In this document: positions 50,798 to 63,860 of the stretch, in pieces | How the letters are laid out: each line of letters opens with the position of its first letter | Position numbering within the stretch: position 1 is the first letter of the stretch | DNA from: Stegostoma tigrinum | Taxonomy: Eukaryota | NCBI RefSeq assembly: GCF_030684315.1 | Contig: NC_081354.1 | Location: 36,967,789 to 37,031,788, forward strand | DNA length: 64,000 nucleotides | Reading direction: 5' to 3' | Made by a program: the position numbers and the translations under genes | The notes under the pieces: generated by a model | What the model was told of the DNA's origin: nothing | Seen by the model: the letters and a program-made list of their open reading frames with translations, nothing else | Databases searched by the model: none

Positions 50798-51470
50798 GAT
50801 AATGGGAACTGCAGATGCTGGAGAATCCAAGATAACAAAGTGTGGAGCTGGATGAACACAGCCGGCCAAGCAGCATCTCGGGAGGACAAAAGCTGACGTT
50901 TCAGGCCTAGACCCTTCATCAGAGAGGGGGATGGGAAGAGGGTTCTGGAATAAATAGGGAGAGAGGGGGAGGAGGACCGAAGATGGAGAGAAAACAAGAT
51001 AGGTAGAGAAGAGAGTATAGGTGAGGAGGTAGGGAGGGGATAGGTTAGTCCAGGGAAGATGGACAGGTCAAGGAGGCGGGATGAGGTGGTAGGTAGGAAA
51101 TGGAGGTGCGGCTTGAAGCGGGAGGAAGGGATGGGTGAGAGGAAGAACAGGTTAGGGACGCAGAGACAGGCTGGGCTGGTTTTGGAATGCAGTGGGGGGA
51201 GGGGAAGAACTGGGCTGGTTTTGGGGTGCAGTGGGGGAAGGGGAGATTTTGAAGCTTGTGAAGTCCACATTGATACCATTGGGCTGCAGGGTTCCCAAGC
51301 AGAATATGAGTTGCTGTTCCTGCAACCTTCGGGTGGCATCATTGTGGCACTGCAGGAGGCCCATGATGGGCATGTCGTCTGAGGAATGGGAGGGGGAGTT
51401 GAAATGGTTAGCTTTTGTGCTCCTGAGATGCTGTTTGGCCTGCTGTGTTCATCCAGCTCCACACTTTGTT
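50798..51470 (-). mobile_element. 5'-truncated Penelope element with inverted terminal pLTR piece, 15-bp TSD atattgcaacacact
   Basis: EQQLIFCLGTLQPNGINVDF. TSD at 50783-50797 and 51471-51485. Confidence 0.93.
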
Positions 51471-52885
51471 ATATTGCAACACACTATTGACGTTGCTGCT
51501 TCATGTGAAACCTGAAACCTAACAGAGGAGGGATCACTAACCAAATTGTCAGTGGCTGCACATTCTCTGGACTGGCAAGTCAAAGGACTGAGAAACTAGC
51601 ATTGGCTTTGCTATCAAGTTAAAACTACAAAAAATTGGGGTATTCCTCTACTTCTATGAACAAGTATGCAACAACAGTTAGTGAAAATGTTCCAACACAA
51701 ACTAGAACTAGCGTTATCAAATACCAACTCTATGAAGACCTGGACAGAGCTATCGCAACTACTTCTTGGAGGACAAACACTTGTGACGGGACACTCTAAT
51801 GCTGACACTCAGGCCTGGGACCGTGCTCTGGGATATCAAGGTGTGGGGAAGTGCAATAAATGTAATGCTTGTCCTCAGTTTTTGCACCCGCTGGAATAAT
51901 GTCAATCGCAAACACAGTTTTCAAACTGAAAGCAAAGTATAAAAATATTTCAATGCTCCCAAGGTCTAAGCAGAGACATTAAATTGGTTTCATTTTTACC
52001 CAGCAGAGCATGTAAATGATGTTATGATCATCATCATTAGGAAAAGAGTGCAGGGCTCTGCAAGCCACACATGATCCCTATGGATCTCTACTCCACAATG
52101 AACATTTACTATTGCACTAAAATGAAGAACAGTGAGCTCTTAATCCTGAAAATTTAAATGTGCAGAAACTGGTATCTACACAGTGCTGGGATTGATTCAG
52201 GTTCGGACATAAGGGACTGCTGGGGCGGAAGAAAGCCCAAGTATTGATGTTGAAGTGGCATAGTCAGCTGTCTGGATCCACAATGCCGGAAGCTGGTAAT
52301 GAAGTCCTGAGAGCACAGAATATAAATGACTGAGATTTGTTTGATAAAAATGAGTTTGAATTAAAGAACCGCTACAGGAAAAGAATGAGCATGGCTGGGA
52401 GCAGAGATGCTGCTCAGAAATCACTCCCTAGAGAGCAAAAGGAATCTGCAACAGAAGCTGCACATGAAACAAGACACATGTAGGCCAAGGGAGACAGGCA
52501 GCTGTGCTGATCATCACAACCTACTCATAAGGCACTGCAGACTGTCTCTCTCTCTCTCTCTTCTTTTTTCCCTCTCTCTCTCTTGCAGTGGCTCACCTGT
52601 TCACAACATGGGAATTATGGGAATGTATTGGACAGGGCAGTTACCAAAGAGCACTGGGCTGAGTAGTTCAGGGTCAGACGTGCCTAACTGCCCATCCACC
52701 ATAAATAAGAATGCTATATAAGTTTCTGGTACAAATCCAAATGTCAAAATCTGGACAGCGAGTTCTGTTACTGAGCTTGATGAAAGCATCATATACCAAT
52801 CCTCAAGAAAAGTTCTGTATATCAATGGGACCCCAGTACTAATGAACAAATTTTAGCCAAATAATGTACAATAATGTACAATATA

Positions 52886-53235
52886 AGGGCAACCTCATGG
52901 CTCAGTGGTTAGCATTGCTGCCTCATAACAACAGGTTCAATTCCACCTTGAATGACTGTCTGTGTGGAGTTTGCATATTTTCACTGTGTTTGCATGGGTT
53001 TCGTCTGGGTGCTCTGTTTTCCTCCCACAGTCCAAAGATATACAGAGTAGGCAGATTGACCAAGCTAAATTGCCCTTTCACATCTAGGGATGTGCAGGTT
53101 AGATGGATTAGCCATGGTAAATGTGGGGTTACAAGGATAGGTTTGAGGGGCTGGGTCTGAGTGGGGTGCTCTTCAGAGGGTTGATGCAGGGCTCAATGGG
53201 TCAGTGGCCTCTTTCCGCACTGCAGGAATTCTATG
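52886..53235 (+). mobile_element. HE1 SINE
   Basis: tggctcagtggttagcattgctgcctca...ggttcaattcc...ctgtgtggagtttgc. Confidence 0.9.
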
Positions 53236-53716
53236 AAATTTGGAAAAATCCATGGAAACCATGAAAGGCAAGGAAACACAAAAGTTCTTTAGCAGACTTT
53301 TGAGAAGAAAGGACTCGGGAGCCAGTTACAGGCATAGGTAACAATCATAAACTGACATAAAAGGGGAAATGGCTTAGAAGCGGTTCTCATACATCAGCAT
53401 TAAGTTGCAATCCAGTGAGTACAGCTCCCTGATCAGTTGGATTTCATACACTTGGGCAATTGGAGGCTTTGGATTAAATGAGAAATCGTCTTATAGAGAT
53501 CACGGGGGCATAAAACGGAGATCCAGGAATTCTAGACAGTCTAAGCTCATGGCAAGCAAGACCAGAGCTCTACACAGGAATAAGCTATCAGCACCACCTG
53601 CTTTCCCCGTGACTACACTTCCACATGATGGCACTGAAACAGGTAGATACAGATGAGAAATAGGAGGTGACTGAGATTAAATACTTGGAAAACATCACAG
53701 GAGCAGGAAAAGAAGT

Positions 53717-54811
53717 GGAATAACAAAGTGTGGAGCTGGATGAACACAGCAGGCCAAGCAGCATCTTAGGAGCACAAAAGCTGATATTTCGGGCCTAGAC
53801 CCTTCATCAGAAAAGAGGGAGGGGAAGAAGGTTCTGAAATCAATAGGGAGGCGGGGTGCGTATCGAAGATGGATTGAGGAGAAGATAGGTGGAGAGGAGA
53901 CAGACAAGTTAAAGAGGCAGGGATGGAGCCAGTAGAGGTGAGTGTAGGTGGGGAGGTAGGGAGGGGATAGGTCAGTCCGGGGAGGATGGAGAGGTCAAGG
54001 GGGTGGGACGAGGTTAAAAGGTAGGAAATGGAGGTGCGGCTTGAGGTGGGAGGAGGGATAGGTGAGAGGAAGAACAGGTTAGTGAGCCGGGGTTGAGCTG
54101 GGCTGGTTTTGGGACGCAGTAAGGTGAGGGGAGATTTTGAAGCTTGTGAAATCCACATTGATACTGTTGGGCTGCAGGGCTCCCAAGCGGAATATGAGTT
54201 GCTGTTCCTGCAACCTTCGGGTGACATCATTGTGACATTGCAGGAGGCCCAGAACAGACATGTCATCTAAGGATTGGGAGGGGAAGTTGAAATGGTTTGT
54301 GACTGGGAGGTGCAGTTGTTTATTGTGAACCGAGCGTAGGTGTTCTGCAAAGCGGTCCCCAAGCCTCCGCTTGGTTTCCCCAATGTAGAGGAGGCCACAA
54401 CGGGTGCAGCAGATGCAGTATACCACATTGGCAGATGTGCAGGTGAGCATCTGCTTGATGTCGAAAGTCTACTTGGGGCCTGGGTTTGGCGTGAGGGATG
54501 AGGTATGGGGGCAGGTGTAGTACTTCCTGTGGTTCCGGGGAAAGTGCCGGGTGTGGTGGGATTGGAGGGGAGTGTGGAGTAGACAAGGGAGTCACGGAGA
54601 AAGTGGTCCCTCCAGAAGGCAAAAAAGGGTGGGGATGGAAAATTGTCTTTGGTGGTGAGGTCCGATTGTAGATGGTGGAAGTGTCAGTGGATGATGCATT
54701 GGATCCAGAGGTTAGTGGGGTGTCATGTAAGGACGAGGGGGATTCTCTTTTGACGGTTATTGCAGGGATGGGGTGTGAGGGATGAATTTTAGGAAATATG
54801 GGAAACACGGT
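53717..54811 (-). mobile_element. Penelope-like element, GIY-YIG region + pLTR
   Basis: TCTSANVVYCICCTRCGLLYIGETKRRLGDRFAEHLRSV...EQQLIFRLGALQPNSINVDF (ORF 54079..54450). Confidence 0.94.
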
Positions 54812-54844
54812 TTGGACTGGAATACCTTGCTGGTGGTTGCCCTG

Positions 54845-55370
54845 GTTGCCCTGTTACAGGAAGGGTATTATTAAACTGGAGAGGGTTCAGAATAGATTTA
54901 CCATGATGTTACCAGGAATGCCAGGAGGACTTGAGATATAAGAATAGACTGAAAAGACTGGGACAGTTTTCACTGGAGCAGAGCAGGTTGAAGAGTGACC
55001 TTATTGATGTTTATAAAATAATAAGCGGCATGGGTAAGGTGAATAACAAGGGTTCTTGCTTGGTAGGAGAATTCAAAATTAAGGGGCATATTTTTAAGAT
55101 GAAAGGAGAATGATTTAAAAAGAACTTGAGGGGCAACCTTTTAACACAGAGAGTGGCTCATGTGTGGAATGAACTGTCAAAGGAAGTGGTGGATGCGGAT
55201 ACAGTTACAACATTTGAAAGACATTTGTGTATTTTAAAGAATAGGAAAAGTTTGCAGGGATATGGGCCGAGTGCACGCAGGTGGGACTAGTTTAGTTTGG
55301 GAGCATGGTCAGCGTGGACTGGTTGGATCAAAGGGTCTGTTTCTATGCTATTTGATTCTATGACTCAAAC
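54845..55370 (+). mobile_element. HER1/CR1 3' end
   Basis: RLKRLGQFSLEQSRLKSDLIDVYKII. Confidence 0.85.
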
Positions 55371-55589
55371 TCTCTATGGGACATCTTTCCTAATTTTGGC
55401 ACGGGTTTCCTTCCCTGTTATTAGTGATGTTGACAGGGCTGAGACTGCTGTTACATTTTCTGGTACCCATATCAGTGCCACATGGACTGCCCAGGTTCAT
55501 TCTTTTCACTGGGCTTTCTACTGTTTTAATGCAACTGAGTGGCTTGCTAGGGCTATTTCACGGGGAAAATAAGACACAGCCACATATTT

Positions 55590-57900
55590 GAGATAGAAAC
55601 AACTGCAGATTCTGGAGTCAGAGATAATTCAAAGTGGAGTTGGAAGAACACAGCAGGCCAGGCAGCATCAGAAGAGCAGGAAAGTTGACATTTCGGGTCA
55701 GGACACTTCTTCAGAAATGGGGACGGGGAAGGGAGCTCAGAAATAAATAGAGAGGAGGGGTGGGGCTGGTGAAGGTAGGTGGGATGGTGATAAGTGAGTG
55801 CAGGTGATGATTGGTGGGGATTGGTCAGTGAGTTGGGAGGAGCAGGTAGGTGGGAGAGACAATGGGCAGGTTGTGTCAGGTCAAGGAGGTAAAGATGAGA
55901 GGGAGGATTGGTCATGGAATGAGGTCAGGGGTGGGGAGATTTTGAAACTGGTAAAATCCACATTTTAAGCCATAGGCTCTCGTGGCGGAATATGAGGTGC
56001 TGCTCCTCCTGATTGCGAATGGCATCTCTGTGACATTGGAGGAGGCCCAGGATGGATATGTCACCCAGGGAGTGGGGTGGGGAGTAAAAATGGTTGACGA
56101 CTGGAAGGTGTTGTTTGTCACAAACAGAACACAGATGCTCTGCAAAATGGTTTCTGAGCTTCTGCTTGGTCTTACTGATGTAGACGAGGCCACATCAGGA
56201 GCAGCGGATGCAGTAGACTGTTCAAGCTCCTCGTGGAAGCATGATGCAGTGGTGATACAGTTGTCAATGTAGTGGAGGAAGAGGTGGAGGATAGTGCCAA
56301 TGAAGCAGCTGAAGAAGGACTGTTCAACGTATCCTACAAAGACGCATAGCTTGAGCCATGCAGATGTCCATGGCCACCCCCTTAGTCTGTAGGAGGTGGG
56401 AGGAATTAAAGGGGAAGTTTTTAAATGTAAGGATGAGTTGGGTTAAGCAGATGAGGGTGTTTGTGGAGGGAGACTTTGTTGGGCCTGTGGGAGAGGAAGA
56501 AGCAGAAGTCTTTTAGGCCATCCCGGTAGGGGATACAAGTGTACAGGGAAAGTGTGCTCCCATAAGGAGCTTGCACAGTTTATTAACTTTACTAACACCT
56601 TTCACCTCAACCTTAAGTTAACCTGGAACATCTCCGATACCTCCCTCTCCTTCCTGGGCCTCGCTGCCTCCATCTTTGGTGACCATCTCAAAACCAACAT
56701 CTTTTCCAAGCCCATCAGTTCCCACAGCTACCTAGACTACACCTCCTCTCACCCACCTTCCTGCAATAGCCCCCACTCCCAATTCCTCTGCCTCCACCGC
56801 ATTTGCTCCCAAGATGGGACTTTCCACCTCTGCACATCCCAAATGTCCTCCTATTTCAAGGACTGCAACTTCTTCCCTCTGGTGATCAAAAATGCCCTCA
56901 ACCGCATCTCTTGCAATTCCCACACATTTGCCCTCACATCCCCTCACCCCAACAAAAATAAAACAGAACGCCCCTTGTCCTCACATATCACCCCACCAAA
57001 CTCTGCATCCAACGTATCATTCTCAGTCACTTCTGCCACCTACACTCCAACGCCAGAATCAAAGCGATATTTGCTTCTCCACCCCTTTCTACCTTTCATA
57101 GGGAGCGCTATCTCCGTGACTCCCTCATCCGCTCCATACTCCCCACTAACCCCGCTACCCCCGGCACCTTTCCGTGTAATCATAGGAAGTGCTACACCTG
57201 CCCCTACACTGCCTCCTTCACATCTCTCCTCACCTCCATCCAAGGCACCAAACACACCTTCCACATTAGGCAGGGTTTATTACCTGCGTATCCAACAACT
57301 TGACCTACTGCATCTGCTGCTTCCAACATGGCCTCCTCTACATTAGTGAAACCCAGCGGAAGCTGAAAAACTGCTTTGTAGAACATCTCACTCTGTTTGT
57401 GACAAATGACAACGTCTTCTGATTACCAACCATTTTAAGCCCCCCTCCTACTCCATGGGATGACATGCCCATCCTGGGCCTTCTCCAGTGTCACAATGAT
57501 GCCACCTGCAAACTGGAGGAGCAGCACCTCATATTCCGCCCTGAGAGTCTACAGCCCGATGGCCTATCTATGGATTTTACCAGTTTCAAAATCTCCCTAC
57601 CCTCAGCCTCATCCTATGTCCAGCCCTCCCTCTTAGCCCTGCCTCATTGACTTATCTGTCTTGTCTTCCACCTATCTGCTGCTCCCAACTCACTGGCTAA
57701 TCCCCACACTCCCTATCTGCACTCACCTATCACCATCCCACCTACCTTCCTCAGCTCCACCCCTCCTCTCTCTATTTATTTCTGAGCTCCCTTCCCCCTC
57801 CCCATTTCTGAAGAAGGGTCCCAACCCAAAATGTCAACTTTCCTGCTCCTCTGATGCTGCCTGGCCTGTTGTGTTCTTCCAGCTCCACACTGTGTTATCA
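55590..57900. mobile_element. Penelope-like element with inverted halves (minus 55590-56550, plus 56550-57900): RT thumb, GIY-YIG, pLTRs
   Basis: FINFTNTFHLNLKLTW...KPISSHSYLDYTSSHP...SQFLCLHRICS; EEQHLIFRPESLQPDGLSMDF. pLTRs at both ends in opposite orientation. Confidence 0.9.
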
Positions 57901-58687
57901 ACTACATACTGTTGTGAGTCTGGGGACATATGTAGGCCAGAGTAGGTCATGATGTTGGATTTCCTAGTTTAAATGGAATTAATGAACCAGTCAGAATTTC
58001 ACTAAATGGTTTACATGGTCACCATTAGACTAGTGTTTAATTCCAGGTTTTACTGAGTTCAAATTTCACCATTTGCCATGACAGCATTCAAACTCATGCT
58101 CCCCAGAACTTTATCCTGCGGCTCCAATCTTTACCCTTGCACATTGCTGCTTTAAAATTTCAAAAAGCTTGAGGAACAGCCCTTTGTCTTAAAAGCCATC
58201 CAGGCTTAGCACTGAGTTCAACAATTTTAGATCTTTACACTTGCCCCCATTTTGTTTCCTTTTACTTCGCAGCTTTCACTTTTACTCTCATTTTTCTCTG
58301 GTTTTTGCTTTCAGACAACAGCTGTTCATTATTTGGCCATTCACACAGCTCCTAGATATACATTTTCTTTCTTTGTATGTCCCCATTACACCACAGTTTG
58401 GCCTTTCACTATGAGCTCTTTGGTTGCTAACTCTTTTGTCTTCTGCTCTATCACAGAATTATTGTTTTGCTCTTTTTCCAGCTTCACCCCACCACCCTTA
58501 CGTTTTCACTTGCTTAAAACCTACGACATTTTGAACCTTTTCTAGTTCTGATGGAAAGGCTTTGACATGAAATGTTGAGAACAGGTGGATAGATCAAGTC
58601 ACGAAAATTTCCTATGTCACCAACTTGCCTCGGTAGAAAGATCCTCAAATGTGGCAGTCTCCACTCCATTATGTTCCATTCTACATG

Positions 58688-59045
58688 GGGGCAGCATGGT
58701 GGCTCAGTGGTTAGCATTGCTGCCTCACAGTGCCAGGGACTTGGATTTGTTTCCAACCTCGGGCAACTGTCTACGTGGAGTTTGCATGTTCTCTCTGTGT
58801 CTGTGTGGGCTTCCTGTATGTGCTCTAGTTTCCTCGCACAGTCCAAAGCTTTGCAGGTCAGGTGGATTGGTCATACTAAATTTCCCACATTGTCCAGGGG
58901 TGTGCGAGTGAGGTGAATTAGCCATGAGAAATTCAGGGTTACATGGTTAGGGTAGAGGGGTGTGCCTGAGAGGGATGTTCTTTGGGTGTATAGGTGTGGA
59001 CTTGATGCGTTGAATGGCCTGCTTCCGCACTGTAGGGATTTTACG
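58688..59045 (+). mobile_element. HE1 SINE
   Basis: gggggcagcatggtggctcagtggttagcattgctgcctcacagtgccagggac. Confidence 0.9.
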
Positions 59046-59514
59046 ATTATGTAAGAGTGGGAAGCAGTGGCCCAAACCAGGAGCAGAGCATAAATGACCA
59101 GAGTGGGAGTGTCAGAGTCCTGACACGTGCTGGTTGGAAGGCTTAACCCTGTTCTCTGGGTTTAGTAAAGCCTGTTAAGTCTTCTATCCCTCATCCTTCC
59201 TGGGTAATCCCATGGTGACACCAGCTTACATAGTATCATAAAACTGAACTCAATTATGTGGTCAGATATGTTAATAAGTTCAATGAATACTGATTGACAC
59301 AATGGTGGCTGATCAAGATTACTATGACATAAGTGCTACAAATGTTAATAGTTATCCTGAGTGGTCAGTTGGTGAGTAGGCTAGCAATGTCAAATGAACA
59401 ATATTCCAAAGGGCCTGTCTGATTTGAAAACACAACACAATTTCCTGGGCAGTATCGTGAGGCCCCAAGACCAACTCACAAGACTGTAAACACACCAAAG
59501 GGAGTGGATTAGTC

Positions 59515-59572
59515 ATCTTTAACAAATATAACTATGTCAGCAAAATCTTTAACAAATATAACTATGTCAGCA
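59515..59572 (+). repeat. 30-bp tandem duplication
   Basis: atctttaacaaatataactatgtcagca at 59515-59542 and 59545-59572. Confidence 0.9.
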
Positions 59573-60084
59573 TTCTTAATGATTATCCAAATTCCTAACC
59601 ATTGGCCCTATTGTCCTACATTACCAGACAACCATCCTCAAAAAGAAGCTGAAAACACAAAGCAAGCTGCAGGAAAATATATATGATAGGGTTCATCTCA
59701 CAGTGTCTATGCTTGTATGGGTTGGTCAAGACACACAAAGTGGATATCTTTTTACATTAACTTACTTGTGCTTGGATCTGGACGATATGAATTGGGCAAA
59801 TAGTTGTGTGATTTGTTACAACTTGTTTTATGCAAATTTTCCATCGCCATAATGAAGGGCTTTTTTCACATTTACAAAGACAGTACTTAACTTGTACATC
59901 AAAAGAAATGCTGCTCTCATTTAACATTGCTACCCATTCAGCGATGTACCACATAAGGCCATTACAGGAGTCTGCTTGATAGCACTATGTCATGTCGATC
60001 CAGACCCACCAGCACAACGTGAAGCAGTATTCATGAACTATGAACTTAGCAACGCACACAATTGAGTTTGGCTTTAATGATATG

Positions 60085-63000
60085 GGGATGGTGATGGTAT
60101 TATCGCTAGACTATTGACATGGAAACTCAGGACCCAGGTTTGAATCCTGCATGCCAGACTTTGAATTCAATGAAATAAAATGTGGAAGTAAGAATCTACT
60201 AATGACCATGAAACCATTGTTGATTGTTGGAAAAACTCAGCTGGTTCACTAATGTCCTTCAGGGAAGTAAATCTGCAATCCTCACCTGGTGTGAACTACA
60301 TGTGATTCCAGATGCACAGCAATGTCGTCGTTTCTCAATTACCCTCTGAAGTAATTAAGCAACCTATTCAATTGTATCACTCACTACAAAGTCTCGAATA
60401 AATGAAACCATCCAGATTATGTGGCGTCAACCCAGGCACTGGAAAAACCAATGGCAGAAAAAGCCCTGTTGACGTTGCAAGATCTCCCGACTAACATCGG
60501 GCAGATACTAAAAAAATTTGGAGAGCTGTCTCATGGAGTAGTCAAGCATAGTGGTACTCACAGAATCATAACTTACAGGCATTGTCCCAGACACCACGAT
60601 CATCATCCCGTAATGTATTCTGTCCAATTGGCACTACAGACCCAGAAGATGTGGCGGCACAGTGGTATACAGTTGGAAAGGAGTTGCCCTGGTAGTCCTC
60701 AAGATTGACTCCAGATCCCATGAAGTCTCATGGCTTCAGGTTAAGCATGGGCAAGGAAACTTCCTGTGGATTACTATGTACCATTCTCCCTTGGTTGGTG
60801 AATCCAGTACTCCTCCATGTTGAACAACACTTGGAGGAAGCACTGAGGGTGGAAAGGGCACGAAATGTACTCTGGGTGGGGGATATCAATATCCACCACC
60901 AAGACTGGCTTGGCAGCAATACTGTTGATTGAGTTGGTGTGGCCCTAAAGAACACATCTGTTAGACTGAGTCTGCAGCTGGTGATATTGGAAACATAAAG
61001 AGGGAATATCATACTTGACCTCATCCTTTACTAATTTGCCAGTTGCAGATGCATCTGTCCATGACAGCATTGTTAAGAGTGACCATCACACAGTCCTTGT
61101 GGAGACAAAGTCCAGCCTTCTCATTGAGAATACCCTCCATCGTGTTGTGTGGCACTACTACCATGCTGGATGAGACAGACTTTGAACAGATCTAGCAACC
61201 TAAGGCTGGGCATCCATAAGGCATTGTGGACCGTCAACATCAGGAGAATTGTATTCCAGCACAATCTGCAACCTCCTGGCCTAGCGTATTTCCCATTTCC
61301 CATGCAACCACTACTTTCAAGCCGGGGATCAAACCTGCTTCAATGGACAGTACATTGAGGCATGCCAGGAGCAGCACCAAACATATTTGAAGATGAGTTG
61401 TCAGCATGGTGAAGCTACCAAACTGGACTACTTGTATGCCAAACAGCTTAAGCAGCAGGTGATAGACAGAGCTAATTGATTCCATAAACAATGGATCAGA
61501 TTTAAGCTCTACAGTCCTGCCACATTCAGTCATGAATTGTGATGGACAATTAAACAGCTCACTGGAGGAGAACACTGCACATGATGGAAGAGCCCAATAT
61601 ATCAGTGAAAAAGATAAGGATGAAGCATTCACAACAATCTTCGGACAGAAGTGTCCAGTGGATGATCCATCTCAGCCTCCTCCAGTGGTCTCCAACAGTA
61701 CAGATAACCCAGTCTTCAGCCAATTTGATTCACTCCACGTGATATTAAGAAACAGTTGGAGTCACTAAATACTGCAAAGGCTAAAGGACCTGACAACATT
61801 CCAGCATTAGTACTGAAAATTTTGCTCCAGAACTTGCTGCTCCCTTAGCCAAGCTGTTCCAGTACAGTTATAACACCGGCATCTACACGACAATGCAAAA
61901 AATTGCTCAAATACGTACTTACATAAAAAGCAGGACAAATGCAACCTGACCAATTTCAGACTCTCAATCATCAAAAAAGTGATGGAAGGTGTCATCAACA
62001 ATGCTATCAAACAGCACCTGCTCAGCTATAACCTGCTCAGTGATGCCCAGATAGGGATCTGCTAAGGCCAGTCTACTCCTGACCTCATTAGAGCCTCCAT
62101 TCAAACATGGACAAAACAACTGAATTCCAGAGGTGAGGTGACAATGACAGTTCTTAACGTCAAGACTGCATTTGACTGAATGTGTCATCAAGGAGCTCTA
62201 GCAAAACTGGAATCAGGGGGCAAACTCATAACTGGTTGAAATCATACCTGGTACATAGGAGGATGGTCGTTGCTCTTGGAGGTCAGTTGTCTCAGCTCCA
62301 GGACATCTCTGCAAAAGTTCCTGAAGGTAGTGTCCTAGACCGAACTATCTTCAGCTGCTTCTTCAATGACCTCCTCCTCCTTCATAAGGCCAGAAGTGGG
62401 ATGGTTGCCAATGATTGCACAATGTTCAGCACCATTCGCAACTCCTCAGATACTGAAGCAGTCCATACAAGGCCTGGACAATATCCAGGCTTGGACTGAC
62501 AAGTGGCAAGTAACATTTGGGCCACACAAATTCCAGGTCGTGACAATCAGAAATGAGAGACAATCTAACCATTGCTCCTTGACATTCAATGGTGTTACCA
62601 TCACTGAATCCTCCACAGTCAACATCCTCGACATCACCATTGACTATAAACTCAAATGGACTTGTCACGTAATCACAAGAGTAGATCAGAGGCCAAGAAT
62701 ATTGAGGTGAATAACTCACCCTCTGACTCATCTACGAGTCACAAGTCAAGAGTGGGGTGGAGTACTTCCCATTTGCTGGATAGGTGCAGCTCCAACAATA
62801 GTCACGAAGTTTGACATACAGGACAAAGCAGCCCACATGATTGGTACTACATCCACAAGCATCCACTTTCTTCACCACTGACAGTTAGTAGCAGCAGTGT
62901 GTCCTAACTACAAGAGGCACTGCAGAAATTCAACAAACATCCTCAGACAACACCTTCCAAACCCATGACCACTTCCATCTATAGGGCCAAGGGCAGCAGA

Positions 63001-63240
63001 TATATGGGAATGCCACCACATTGAAGTTTCCCTCCAAACCACTCTCTATCTTGTCTTAGAAATATATTGCCATCAAAATCCTAGAATTCCCTCCTTAAGG
63101 ACATTGTGTGTCAACCCATAGCAGGTAGACTGCAGTGGTTTGAGAAGGCAGCTCACTACCACCTTCTCAAAGGCAACTGGGATGGGCAATAAATGTGGGC
63201 TAGCTGGCAATATTCAATCCCACAAATAAATATAAAAATA
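60085..63240 (+). mobile_element. Near full-length degenerate CR1/L2-group LINE with tRNA-like head and no visible ORF1
   Basis: Head with ggtttgaatcc B-box. APE motifs (NVLWVGDINIHHQDWLG; agagtgaccat = SDH), RT motifs (VPEGSVLDRTIFSCFFNDL...ANDCTMF). Tail ggcagctcactaccaccttctc...aataaa. Confidence 0.88.
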
Positions 63241-63249
63241 CCATTTCTG

Positions 63250-63860
63250 CCCAAATAGATGGTATTGACATAGGTTCCCTCTAGTCTCAATCCATAAGCC
63301 ACACTTTTGAGTTCCTTGAGAAACATGTCTTCAAGGAATGACACCTAATCTCCTAGCCTTTGCATATTTCCAATAAGATGACATTTTTGCTTTCTTTGAA
63401 TCCACAGCTGCATGTATAAACTTCTTTATATGCTTTAATAATTTCTCACCTATGCTTAAATTCAAATTTGAAATGGAGCAGTCATTTAAGATCCATTTCC
63501 CAGATGTGCTAGTAAGTAGTCTACCGTGGGTTTTTGCTGCTGTAAACCTGCTTCAACTGCTATACCATCTGCTTTCCTGATTTAGAGCTATTTCTGGGAA
63601 ATTGTTTGTATCTTCTACAATGAAGGCTGAAAAAATGTTGGGATTCCTGTAGATCTACACTCCATAAGGTTGGCCCTATTGACAAATTTGTAAATAGGCT
63701 AGAGCCATCTGCTCACTGTGCAAGCTTGATGTCAAAATGGGGTGCATCAAAGCCATCCTGTGTGCTAATGTTTATCCTGATTAAGTAATTCCTCACTCTT
63801 CATTGTGTAAACTCATGAATTGGCCTTCGGCTGCTACTTTCTGCCTTACTGGGTGCTGAC
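63250..63860 (+). mobile_element. Decayed Penelope (Poseidon-type) RT fragment
   Basis: cttaaattcaaatttgaaatggagcagtca...ttcccagatgtgctagta...aaacctgcttca, resembling LKFTFEMEQ..PFLDVLV..KPTF. Confidence 0.55.

Noticed and set aside
50773-51462. 229-aa Pro/Ser/Leu-rich ORF (and similar ORFs at 53766-54266 and 54320-54808)
   Set aside because: Alternative frames of C-rich Penelope 3' regions; the same text recurs in every copy.
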